A stretch of DNA of 64,000 nt from Raillietiella orientalis (taxonomy: Eukaryota). The notes under the pieces were generated by a model. It saw only the letters and a program-made list of their open reading frames with translations, was not told where the DNA came from and made no database searches. Numbering within the stretch: position 1 is the stretch's first letter; the number at the start of each line of letters is the position of its first letter. This document shows, one piece after another, positions 11,607 through 22,899 of the stretch. The stretch is taken from positions 1-64,000 of the forward strand of contig JAYWIR010000105.1 in NCBI GenBank assembly GCA_036172245.1, given 5' to 3'. The translations under genes were made by a program, and so were the position numbers.

Positions 11607-11706
11607 TCTCCTCGAGAGCGGACGTTTTTTTCCGGCGCTCCGCGAACGAGCAGCGGAAAGCGGTTTTTTTGGTTCAGTGTGTGCTTTTTCACATCGTTGG
11701 TGTCCG

Positions 11707-13456
11707 ATGGCATCGCTGCCAGAGGACACCACGATGGAGGTAGGCGTGAGGGAGGCTAGCCCCCCCCACGACCTACAGAATCAGGTGCATCCGCCCCGGA
11801 ATCGCCCTCGTCGCCCAAGACGAGGAGCTGGAGCGCCATGGTCGCCGCGCCGAGCGCGGAAACCTTGGCTGAGCAAGCGGCCTACAGGGCCTCCGGATAT
11901 AAACCATCCCTGGTTTATAAGGTAGGAAACCTGTTCGACGGTCGCACCGCTCGTGGCTTTAGCAAGGCACTACAGGAATTCCCCGTGCGTGAGGAGGATC
12001 TTGACGGCCTCGCCGTACTCAGCGGGGGGCAACGCGTGGAGGTCGTCTGCAAAGACGTAGCCCTAGCGCAGCGCCTCATCAACACCCCGCTGAATGTGGC
12101 TGGCCGAAAGATCCTACCCGTTAGCATGGACCGCTTCGTAGTGGTCCATCTAACGGGGATCACGTACCGCATGACGCGCTCTGCGGTGAACGCGGAATTA
12201 AGGAAATACGGAGATGTGCACGCGCTGTGGCCAAAGCCAACCATTTTTGACTGCTATAACAGCCTCTTTGGTGGCCAGGCAGCAGCTCGTGTCACCGTGA
12301 ACGAGGGTGCTGGGTTACCTTACAAACTGGTGGTCGGGAAGGAGCCCATCGACCTCTGGTACGTGGGGAAACCCCGCTATTGTGGCCACTGCGATGCAGT
12401 AGGGCATGTGCGCAGGCGGTGCCCGAATATCGAGTGCCACTTGTGCGGGGGAAAGGGACACGTCCGTCGTATGTGCCCTAAACGCCCCACGCCGGTGCCA
12501 CCTGCTGCCAAAAAGGCACAGGTGAAAAGGATGCATAAGGTCGAAAGACCTCATCGCGAGAATGGCCGGCCCCAGCAGCCTTCTCCTCCTCCTCCAACCC
12601 AGGCGGCGGCGGAAAAAACCGCGAAAGACGCGGGCGAGGAAGAAGGATGGACGCTGGTAAAGGCCAGAAAAGAACCCAAAAAGGGTTCACAAGAGAAGGC
12701 GGAGAAAAAGTTGGTCGCGAAGGCGAAAAAACCTGGTTCGCGATCTAAAACTCTCCGCAAGTGCTCGGTAGCACTGGAGCGCATCAGCGTTCCCGAGGCT
12801 GCCACCCGGGGCGACGAGCCTCCCCTCGCCGTTTCCGCCGCGCCCGAGGTTTGCGACGGCGAACCCTCTGTTTGCACAGAGGGTGAGACGCGCGACGACC
12901 TCGCCGCCGGCGAGGACGCCGCCTTCGCGAAGGCGGCGGACGAGCTCGCGGCCACGCTGGCTGAGCGTGAGAACCCCTCACGCAAGGCCGAGCGAAGGCC
13001 TGCTCCGCCGAAGAAGGCCCCCGCAGGTGAGTGCGTTCTGGGGGCCGGAAGTGCATTTTCCTCCTCGGAGGCACCCCCCGGAAGACGGGACGCAAGTCCC
13101 AAAAGCCGAGGAAGCGCCTCCCCTCCACGAGGGAGGAGGAGAAGCAGGAAGTCGCCGGCCGCGTGGGAATCCCTGAGGGGGAGCTCCCACGCGCGGAAGC
13201 CGTCGAGCAGGACACCCTCATGGAGGAGGGTGAGCAGGGGGGCGAAATCCCCCCTGCCGTTCCAAACCCTGAGGAGCCCACCCCTATGGAGGAGGGCCAG
13301 CAGGTAGGCGCGACCCCACCTGAGGGTGACCCGATCGACGCGCCGTCACCGATGGAGCAGGGGGACCAGGTGCTCGAGGCACCTGTCCCTCCTGCTCCAC
13401 CTAGCGTCGCGCCCCAACAGGTGGCGGACGCCGCAGAGCCGATTTCCCAGGAATAA
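11707..13456 (+). pseudogene. A2 ORF1 (two CCHC knuckles), frameshifted
   Basis: CGHCDAVGHVRRRC and CHLCGGKGHVRRMC; pieces lie in ORFs 11677, 11838 and 13031. Confidence 0.85.
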
Positions 13457-16400
13457 CACCTGGGCTCGCCTGTCGCCGTCGAATCCGCGTGGCCAGTTGG
13501 AACGTCAACGGGCTGCGCGACGACGGCAACAGACGAGGTACGGCCGACACCCTGCGTGAGTTCGACCTGGCCCTGCTGCAGGAGATCCACGTGATCACCG
13601 CGGCTGACACCCAGGAGATCGAAACGATCGCGGGGGGTCGGTTGTATTGGCGATGCGGCGCCCGCAACACCTGTGGGGTCTCGTTTTTCGTGAAGCCGGC
13701 CATTGACGCTGCCGTGAAGGGCGTACGCTTCGATGACGACGGTCGGGTCGGTCAGCTGATTCTCAGCTGGTCCGACTCGATCGAATTGATCGTCACGAAC
13801 GTGTACGCCCCAAGCGGGAAAGGGGGATACAGCGACCGTACCAGGTTGCTGGAAACCCTGAAGCGCGACTGGCTGGCCGATACGAACGTGCGGAAGGCAC
13901 ACCTGATAGCTGAGGACTTTAATCTCCGTCTGCTGTCAGGTGAGCTCGAAGCACAAGAACGCACGGCCAACGAGTTGTGTGCTGCCATGCGCACGCACAA
14001 TCTGTTGACAAACGCGGAGAGAATGGACCGAAGCATCGACCACTTCTTTCTGGATGTCGACCTGTGCTCGCGGGTCGGCAAACGGGGAAAAGTTGCTTCG
14101 ACGCTGTCGGACCATTCCAGGATCATCGCCGAGGTTTCCCGCGTGACAAGGGACCCCCGTTCAGGGCGTGGCGGCTGCCTGGGGACTGGACGCGGTTCTC
14201 AGGTGCGAAAGAACACCTTGGTGAATTCCTGAGAGGCGTCAACCTTCGCAGTCTCCTAGACTGGGACCTGTTCACGGCCTTGGTCCGCGAGTTCTGCGAC
14301 GAGTTTCCCCTTCACCGCCTGCCCCCCGGATTCGGGGAGGGGGCTCGGAACCATCGGGCTTTTCTACAGGCCCGCCGGTACAAGAGTACCCCGAATGTCC
14401 GTCGCCTCGCGGAATATCGAGCCGGGGCCGAACGCCAAGCCTGGCAATCCGGGTTGGCCAGCTTGCTGGACGACCAGGGCCGGGAGCGATCCGCCCCACC
14501 CGCGATCAGGCACCTCGTGCGACGTTATTACTCCTCCCTCTACGCTAGGGCATTCCCAGAGCGGAACGCCTCGCGGCTCCTGCTCCCGGATGGAGCCTTG
14601 GCAATAGGGGAGGAGGAGAGGATCAGCCTCGACGAGCCTTTTTCTACTGGTGAAATTCTCGCCGTTATTAAAAGGCTTAAGAGGCTTAAGGCGCCAGGGG
14701 AGGACGGCCTGCCTGCGGAAATTTTTGAATGCTTCGCGACAGAGCTGGCTTCCCTGGTGCTCCAGTTGACCGGGCTGATCCGAGACGAAGGCGACGTTCC
14801 CGCCTCGTTTCGGTCAGCCCGTGTGAGGCTCCTCCCGAAGGGAGGGGACCTGAGATCCCTAGGCAACTGGCGTCCGATCACAATTGTGAATACGGTCGCC
14901 AGGCTGATCGCTGGACTGTGGGCATCGCGTCTAGGACAGGTGGCAGACTCCATAATTAGCCCGGAGCAGACATACGCTGTTCCCGGGCGAAGTATGGATG
15001 CCAACCTGTTCTTCGCGAGCACATAGTTCCATGTGCAACGCTGCCTGAATGAAACTGGCGGAAAGATTGGCAACCCCACTTTGGGGCCGCCAGCTGGGCT
15101 GGGAATGGACACCCGGGCTGGGAAGAGGGCCCTAGCGATCGCGGTCGATCTCCATAAGGCGTTCGACTGCGTTGACCAGGAGCTACTGCTGGAGCTCCTG
15201 GGTCGCATGGGCTTCCCACCCTCCCTTCTCTCCTTCCTGCGCTCCTGCTGGCGCAACGCCATAATTAACATCTGCTTTTCCAGCCAACAGGTGTACGGCG
15301 TGCCGGTGCGGCGGGCATACGGCAGGGCGATAGCCTCAGTCCCCTGCTCTTTAGCACCTACTTCGAGTTGGTGCTGAGAGCGTACAGGGTGACTTTGGCT
15401 GCCCTGCCCAGCTCGTGCCCCTTCACGTCCGCCGTAGCAGCATACGCCGACGACCTTCTCCTCATGTTGCCCATGTCCGCACCGGCAGCCGTAGTCGAGG
15501 ATTTCTTCGACCTGCTAAGTCGTGGGACTGGACTGCGGGTCAACAAGGCGAAGTCGTCGGTCGTACCGGTGGGTGCGACGTGGGTCGGACGACCTGACTG
15601 GATCCGTTCGGTGATCCCCACGGCCAGGTACCCGAAGTACCTGGGTGTCCCGTTGGGGGACTTCTGCCTCGCAGAATCCTGGTCAGGTCGTCTCCAGAAG
15701 GTAGAGTTGGCAATCGGCCCGTTCCTGGAAAGCAAGTTCCTTCTGCCGGAACGGGCCGCGGTGTGGAACGCCTTCGCGGCTCCCATCCTCCGCCCCCTGC
15801 TTTCTGTGTGCCTAGTCCCCCGTGACATTAAAAGAGGACAAAAGACCTACTCCGCATCGCCCTCTGGGGCAGCGGGAGGCCACGTGTGCCTCTGGTGGAT
15901 TTATGCGCTCCTCGTCGGGACGGCGGTCTCGGCCTCCTGACGCTGGAGCGCCTGGAAATACAGCTGCGATGGCGCACCCTCGCCATCGAAGCAAAGTCAT
16001 GGAGCACCCCTTGGTGCGCTCCCGCCCGAATCCTCGACAGCCGTGTGTCCAGGACGCAAGGACTCGCGTCGTACCTTCTGTGCTCCGGCAGGAAGGTGAG
16101 AAGATGCGGCCTTCTTCTTGGGCGCATGGAAGCCCTAGTCAGAGACAACGGCTGGACGGTATGCAGCCCCGCCAACTCCTCCGCCTGGCTGGAGAAATCA
16201 GTTGAGACGTGGGCCAAGCTGAACCTCCGGACTTCCCCGGACTGGAACCGCCTGAGATTCGGCCGCAACGCCCGCTGCACACTGCGGACTACTCTGGAGT
16301 GTCCCGCCAGGAGCGCGTGGGCGGAGACCACCCCTATAGCTTCGACTCTGCGCTTCCTCCGGAGGGTTTTAACCAGCGGCCTCAAGACAAAGTGGCAAGT

Positions 16401-17049
16401 CTCCTGCCGAATCGCAGGCAAGGAGAAGAAGATTAGCGGTTGGACCATGGGAGAACTGGCGGATGCTACGACCCCGAGTGCCCTCCCTCGTGGACTTCGT
16501 CGATGGGGCGAGCTGCTCGGCATCCCGACAGATGACCTGAAGTGGCCCCCAATACTGATAGGATCCAGGCTTCTCCCCCTGAAGTGGCAAGAGTCGGCGC
16601 TGCTGCTCTTGCACTGGGGTCTACCCTGCAGCGCGCGCCGCTTCCACTGGACGCTGGGGAGTGTTAGGCCGGAGTGTGCCAGGTGTGGGGAGCGAGAATC
16701 GCTCCTCCACCTACTAGTTGACTGTGCTGCCCTCCGACCCCTGTGGGAACGGTTCGGGACGACCTTCGGTCTCCCAATGGGCAGCGCGCCCAGAGACGTT
16801 CTTCGGCACCTCTTCGTGCGGGACGCCCTGCAGCCCGCCGCAGCCCTCGCAGCCCTCTGCTTCATCCGGGGCATCGTGGCGGCATGGAGCGACATTCGCG
16901 ACGAAGGAGTGGATGCCAACGTGAGGGATGTCATCCCGTATGCGGTCTGCTTCATGCGGAGAGCAGCGAGATGGCCCCATCTAGGAAACATGAAGATGGA
17001 CCTAGAGGGCATCCTGCGAAGGATTCACCCTCCTCTAAGTGGATTGTGA
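13456..17049 (+). pseudogene. A2 ORF2 APE-RT-CCHC, several frameshifts and stops
   Basis: WNVNG, LQE, EDFN, SDH, KAPGEDG, DLHKAFD, AYADD, CARCGERESLLHLLVDC. Confidence 0.9.
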
Positions 17050-17275
17050 TCTTCTCCTCTCCCTCCAAACTCTTTTTTTTGTTTTCCTTATCCTTATTTT
17101 TCTTTTTGTTTTGATCCCTATCCCCCTCCACAGCCAAAGAGCGTCACGCCGGGATGCGTCCCGGCGTCCCGGCAGGTCCGGTGTTGTGTGGCCGCTAGTG
17201 GGGCCTCGTACCACGTGTATGCAGAGTTTTTCCAATGAACGCCTTGGGCGTACCCGGGTGACAACCCCAAATCCC

Positions 17276-18153
17276 GCAGTTAGGCGATGCAGGGGGAACT
17301 GATCGCAGAACTCCTGGACCGACCGCTTGAAGCGGTCCCAGTCCTAAAGTGTCTGCATCCTGAAGCTCCGAATAAACGCGCGGAGGTTCTCCGCCGCGTC
17401 GGGAAACTTCAGTCAGAACCCTGGCAGACGCCACGCTGACAAGGGGGGGCCCTTGTTGCGCGGACGCACTTAGAAAATGATCCGACCATGGTCCGACAAT
17501 TCGGATGGTACCTTGCCGCGCCTGCCCACCCGAGAGCATAGGTGCTGATCAAGGTACACGTGCTGGATGCTGCTTTCCATGGCCGTGTACCCGGCCAACA
17601 AGTTGCGCGTGTTCATTTCGGCGCACAACTCGTTGACGCGGTCGTTCAGTGTATCCGGCGCACCTAAAAGCAGGCGCAGGTTGAAATCACCTGCGATCAG
17701 GTGCGCTTTGCGAACTCCTGCATCGGTCAGACAATCGCGTCTCAGGGCAAGGTAGAATTCGCTTCTTGCCTTCGCCCTCAACGCGTTGTTTCCCCTAGAA
17801 GCGTATAGGTTGGTGACGACCAGGTCGATAGAGTCCGACCAGCTGAGAGTCAGCTGACCGACGCGACCTGCGTCATCGAACCGAACGTCCTTTATTGCGG
17901 GCTCGATGGCTGGGCGAAGCAGGAAAGCGACACCGCTTGATTTCGCGGTGCCGCAACGCCACAACAGCCGCCCACCCGAGATCCGTTCGATCTCCCGGGC
18001 TTGAGCTGCCGAGATCACGTGGATCTCCTGCAGCAGCACCAGGTCGAAGGATGCCAGGGTGGCGGCCACGTCACGCCTCTTGCCGTCGTCCCCTAGCCCG
18101 TTCACGCTCCAACAGGCGATCAGAAGACGACGGCGAGAGGCGATTCCCGGCAT
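17276..18153 (-). pseudogene. C1 ORF2 5' part: APE endonuclease and linker start
   Basis: MPGIASRRR..WSVNG, LLQEIH, GDFN, SDH; premature TAA at 17470. Confidence 0.9.
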
Positions 18154-19760
18154 TATGGCTGGGAAAGTGGCGTCGCGACACCTGCCGCGGGGCAGGTGTA
18201 GGACAGGTCCATCGGTACGAGGACGGAGGCCTCTTCAGGCGCCTGGGGTACCTGTTCGGCCTTCATCCTCACCGTCCCCCCCGTGTCCGAGCGTGGAATT
18301 CTCTCGGGCGACGGGTCCCGGTAGTTTCCCACGCTCATGGCACCCTCGCTACCCGAAGCCATCTCTTCCCCTTCGTCGGGGGAGACGATCTTCCGGGGCA
18401 TTGTGGACTTTCGTGCTGCCTTTTTGCGGGGTGCCGCGGAGATGGATGCTGTGTTTCCGGCCTTCACCTCGGGGTCGGAAGTGGCCGACTCCTGAGGGGA
18501 AGCCGGACGCCTGACGGCCTTCTTGCCAGCCTTGGGGGCAACCGGCTGCAGCGAGGCAGCCAGCTCCTCCGCGGCGCGCTCGAAGGCGACGTCATCGTGC
18601 GTATACTCGATGACGGACGCCGCCGCCTCGCTCCCTTCCTTGTTGACTTTGTCAACGGAGGGTTGAGCAGGGGCAGGAGCGAGTTCTTTAGCGCCGCATC
18701 GGTCGATGGCGGGAATCCGCTCTACTACGACGCAGAAGCTTTTAATTTTTCCGCGGCGCAGAGCGATTTCGTTCCGTTTCGCCACGTTCTTTCCCTTCTT
18801 ATGGGAGTTTTTCTTGGGGTCGACCTTCTGCCACCCTGGCTCTTGACCCTCGCCCTCGACCTTTTCGGCGTTTTTCGCCGAAGTCTCAGGACTGGCCTTC
18901 GCCTTGGTGGCGGAGGTGACCTCCTTAGCAGCAGCACGAGCTGCCAGCATCTTCCTTTTTTTAGCCGCGCGCTTTCTCGCGTTTTTCGCGGACACGACGC
19001 GGACTCTGTTTTGGGGGCACACCAGACGGGTGTGCCCCGCTTGTTTGCATTGCTGGCACTGCACGTTCGGACACCTCATTTTAAGGTGACTAAAGCTGCT
19101 GCAGCAGCCGCAAAACTTGGGTTTCCCCACGTACCACACGTCAACGGATTCACCGTTGACGGTGAGTTTGTGGGGAAACTCACATCCCTCGCCAACCGTC
19201 ACTCGCGCTGCACCCAGGCCGCCAAGCACACCGTCGTGATCGACAAAAGGAGTAGGCTTGCCCCACAGCGCGTGGACAGTTGCAAACTTTTCCAATTCGT
19301 TCCAGACGGCCTCCTTCGCCATCCGGAACGTGATACCTGTCAGGTGAATGATCACCAACCGGTCTTCAGTAATGGGGAGAAGTTTCCGGCTGCTTATAAT
19401 TACGGGGGTTCGCAGAAGTCTCTGCGCAAGAGTTGCCTCCTTGCAGATAACTTCCACAAATTGACCCCCGCTTCTGACGGACATAGCCAGAAGCTCCTCT
19501 TTTTGTACACCGACAACGCGAATAGCCTGCGAAAAGGCGCGCGCGTTCTCGGGAGAATATAAACCGCCTACCTTATATAGAAGGGGTGGGTTATACCCCT
19601 CCTCCAGGTAAGCGCGCATTTCCGCCATAGCCGCTGGCGTAGGTGCCGCAGCCACGGCGTTCCAAGCCCTGGGTAAAGCCGAGGGCGCATCCATGCTGGC
19701 GGAAGCTTCCACTGATGCGGGAGCCCCCACCTCCATCTCCTCCGGGGGCAATGAGTTCAT
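18153..19760 (-). CDS. C1 ORF1, intact ~530 aa, two CCHC knuckles
   Basis: CGCCSSFSHLKMRC and CQQCKQAGHTRLVC; stop overlaps the ORF2 ATG (TAATG). Exact start codon uncertain. Confidence 0.88.
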   Translation of the reverse strand: MNSLPPEEMEVGAPASVEASASMDAPSALPRAWNAVAAAPTPAAMAEMRAYLEEGYNPPLLYKVGGLYSPENARAFSQAIRVVGVQKEELLAMSVRSGGQFVEVICKEATLAQRLLRTPVIISSRKLLPITEDRLVIIHLTGITFRMAKEAVWNELEKFATVHALWGKPTPFVDHDGVLGGLGAARVTVGEGCEFPHKLTVNGESVDVWYVGKPKFCGCCSSFSHLKMRCPNVQCQQCKQAGHTRLVCPQNRVRVVSAKNARKRAAKKRKMLAARAAAKEVTSATKAKASPETSAKNAEKVEGEGQEPGWQKVDPKKNSHKKGKNVAKRNEIALRRGKIKSFCVVVERIPAIDRCGAKELAPAPAQPSVDKVNKEGSEAAASVIEYTHDDVAFERAAEELAASLQPVAPKAGKKAVRRPASPQESATSDPEVKAGNTASISAAPRKKAARKSTMPRKIVSPDEGEEMASGSEGAMSVGNYRDPSPERIPRSDTGGTVRMKAEQVPQAPEEASVLVPMDLSYTCPAAGVATPLSQP

Positions 19761-19895
19761 CGCCCCCGGATCCTCTCCCGTGGTGGTATCAGGAATTGCT
19801 GCCTAATCCTCCACACACACCACGCAAAAGCACCAACGGAAATCGAACTCAGGAGCAACGAAAAGACACGTCCGCTCGACGCTCCGGAATCTCCA

Positions 19896-22678
19896 GGACT
19901 AAGACCTTTTTAAGGAATCGGTCCGCGAGTTCTGTGAGCAGTTCCCCCTGGATCGCCTGCCCCCCGGATTTGGCGAGGGAGCTCGCAACCATACAGGCTC
20001 GTAGGAACGAGAGAACCCCTAATGTCCGTCGCCTGGCTGAGTACCGCGCCGGGACCGAAAGCCAAGCCTGGCAATCCGGGTCGGCCAGCTTGCTGGACGA
20101 CCAGGGCCGGGAATGTTCTTCCCCGGCGCCGGTACGGCATCTTGTGCGGAGTTTTTATTCCTCCTTTTACGCCAGGGAGCCCCCGGATCGAAACGCCTCT
20201 CCGCGCTTGCTTCCGGATGGCGCCCCGGCAATAGGGGAGGAGGAGATGGAAAGCCTCGACGAGCCTTTTACCAACGGCGAAATTCTCGCCGGTATCCAAA
20301 GGCTCAAGAGGTGTAAAGCTCCAGGGGAAGACAACTTGCCCGCGGAGTTTTTTCAAAGCTTCGTGGAAGAGCTGGCACCCCTGCTGCTTAAGTTGATAAG
20401 GCTGATCCGAAACGAAGGCGATGTTCCCGCCTCGTTTCGGTTAGCCAGAGTGAGGCTCCTTCCGAAAGGGGAAGACCTCAGGGATTTAAAGAACTGGCGT
20501 TTGATCACGATCGTGGATACGGACGCCAAGTTGATAGCAGGGCTATGGGCTTCAAGGCTGGGGCAGGTGGCAGAATCCGTAATTAGCGCGGAGCAGACTT
20601 ATGCTGTTTCCGGGCAAAGTATGGATGCCACCCACTTCTTCGCAAGCACATGGGTGCACCTGCAGTGAAGACAAAAGAAAGGGATAGGGAAAGTCGGCAA
20701 ACCCACATTGGGGCCGCCAGCCGGGCTGGGAAGCGACCCCCGGGCGATGATGGGGGCCCTAGCGCTCTCAGTCGATCACCACAAGGCGTTCGACTGTGTA
20801 GACCAGGAACTCCTCTTGGAGCTCCTGAGTCGCATGGGCTTCCCACCCTCCCTGATTTACTACCTGCGCTCTTGCTGGCGGAATGCGATAATTACCGTCT
20901 GTTTCAGTGGACAGACGTTGTATGGCGTGCCGGTGCGGCGGGGCATAAGGCAGGGCGATAGCCTCAGCGCCCTGCTCTTCAGCACCTACTTTGAGTTGTG
21001 TTGAGAGCGTAGAGGGTGACTTTGGCCCCTTTGCCGAGCTCGTGCCCCGGCACGCCAGCCGTAGAAGCGTATGCCGACGATCTTCTGCTCCTCTTACCTA
21101 TGTCCACCCCGGCGAAGTCGGTCGGAGATTTCTTCGACCTGCTTAGCCGTGGGGCCGGATTACAGGTTAACAGGGCGAAGTCGTCAGGGTTGCCAGTTAG
21201 AGCGACGTGGGCAGGGCAGCAGGACTGGGTCCGTCCGGGGATCCCCACGTTGAGGTGCATCAAGTACCTCGGTGTGCCGTTGGGTGACTATTTCCCTGCG
21301 GAAGCGTGGTCCAGCTGTCTTCAAAAAGTTGAGACGGCGATCGGCCCGTTCCTGGAAGGCAAGTTTCACTTGCCGGAACGGGCCGCGGTTTGGACCGCCT
21401 TCGCGGTCTTCATCCTCCGCTTCTCGCTTTTTGTTTGCCCCGCCCCAGGAGTAGTTAAAAAGAGGACGAAGGACCTCCTCCGCATCGCTTTTTGGGGAAA
21501 GGGGAGGCCCCGATTCCCTCTGGAGGACTTGTGCGCTCCGCGTCGGGATGGCGGCCTTGGCCTCCTGACGCTGGAGCGCGTGGAAATTCAGCTGCGGTGG
21601 CGAAACCTTCGCCATCGCAGCGCAGATGTGGAGCACCGCTTGGTGCGTTCCGGCCCGCCACTTCGCCAGACGTGTGTCCCGATGCGAAGGAACCGCGTCG
21701 TTTCTTCTGTGCCCTGGCCGGAAGATCCGAAGATGCGGCCTTATGCTCGGACGCATAGCAACCTTGGCGAAGACGAACGGTTGGATGGTTTGTGGCCCCG
21801 CCAACTCCTCCGCCTGATTGGAGGAGTCTGCTGGCACATGGGCTAAGCTGAACCGGAGGAGTGAAAACCACATGAACTGCCTGCGAATCGGCCCATACGC
21901 CAACAGCACCCTGCGGGAAATACTGGAATTTCCTCGAAGTCGCAGGTGGGCGTTGACGACCTACCTTCCTACGGCGATGCCCTACCTTCTGCGGGCGCTT
22001 CAGGATCGCCAGAAGCCGAGATGGCAAGTCACCTTCCAGATCTCAGGCAGGGAGAAGATGTTAAGCGGCTGGACCACAGGAGAACAGGCGGACGCCACGA
22101 CCCCGAGCGTCCAGCCGCGTGGATTAATGAGATGGGGCGAGCTGCTCGCCATCCCTACGGATGTGCTGAAGTGGCCCCCGGTATTAAACGAATCCAGGAT
22201 TCTGCCCCTTATGTGGCAAGAGTCGGCGTTGCTACTGCTGTCCTGGGGTTTACCCTGCAACGCACGGCGCTTCCACTGGACAAGGGGAGCTGTGGATCCT
22301 GAGTGTGTCAGGTGCGGAGAGCGGGAATCGCTCTCCCACCTTATTGTGGACTGTGCTGCCATTCGACCCCTCTGGGAACGGTTCGGGGCGACCCTAGGGC
22401 TCCCTACGGGCAGCACCATCAGAGACGTTCTTCGGCCCCTCTTCGTGAAGGACGCACTTCAGCCAGCCGCAGCCATCGCAGCCTTGTGCTGCGTCCGAGG
22501 CATCGTGGCGGCATGGAGCGACACCAACAAGGAAGGAGTGGGTCAACACGCGAGGGATGTCATCCCATACGCCCAACGCTTCATGCGGAGAGCTGCCAGA
22601 TGACCCCAACTGGGGTATATACGGACGGACCTCGAGGGCTTCCTTCAACGGATGGGCCCTCCTCTCAGCGAACAGTGA
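19896..22678 (+). pseudogene. A1 ORF2 fragment 3: linker, RT and CCHC, disrupted
   Basis: KAPGEDN, DHHKAFD, GIRQGD, AYADD, CVRCGERESLSHLIVDC across broken frames. Confidence 0.9.
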
Positions 22679-22899
22679 TCCCTTCCCTGCCCCCCAACCT
22701 CATTTGTTTGTTTGCTTTTTTTTTTTTATTTTTGTTTTATCTCCATCCTCCTTCGCTGCTGAGGAACGCTACGCTGGGCTGCGTCCCGGTGTCCTGTTAG
22801 GTCCAGTGCATATGGCCGTGAGCGGTGCCTTGTACCGCGGATGTAGAGTTTTTTTAAAAATAAACGCCATGTGCGTACCCGGGTGTGAACCTCCCAGGC

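Larger units (their letters stand above)
11607..17264 (+). mobile_element. Full-length LINE copy A2 (~5.66 kb) with 11-bp TSD CCCCAAATCCC
   Basis: TSD at 11596-11606 and 17265-17275; the empty site GCGGGATTTGGGGAGGGG is visible in C2 near 44363-44380. Confidence 0.95.
8692..19878 (-). mobile_element. Full-length LINE copy C1 containing nested A2; 17-bp TSD
   Basis: TSD ACGCTCCGGAATCTCTA (8675-8691) / ACGCTCCGGAATCTCCA (19879-19895). 5' GGACGTG at 19867-73; AATAAA-hairpin end at 8692-8721. Confidence 0.93.
7..22889 (+). mobile_element. L1/Tx1-clade LINE, copy A1, interrupted by B1 (2439-8348) and C1 (8692-19878); probably chimeric
   Basis: 5' GGACGTG at 20-26. ORF1, then APE split at GDFN (2438/8358) and linker split at 8691/19896. 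RT and CCHC follow, stop at 22676-78, 3' end AATAAA...CCCGGGTGTGAA at 22889. The 5' boundary is uncertain by a few nt. Confidence 0.88.

Noticed and set aside
17895..19562. Long antisense or alternate-frame ORFs (also 3248-4414, 31934-33100, 45435-46763)
   Set aside because: Shadows of GC-rich ORF1/ORF2 with no recognisable motifs.
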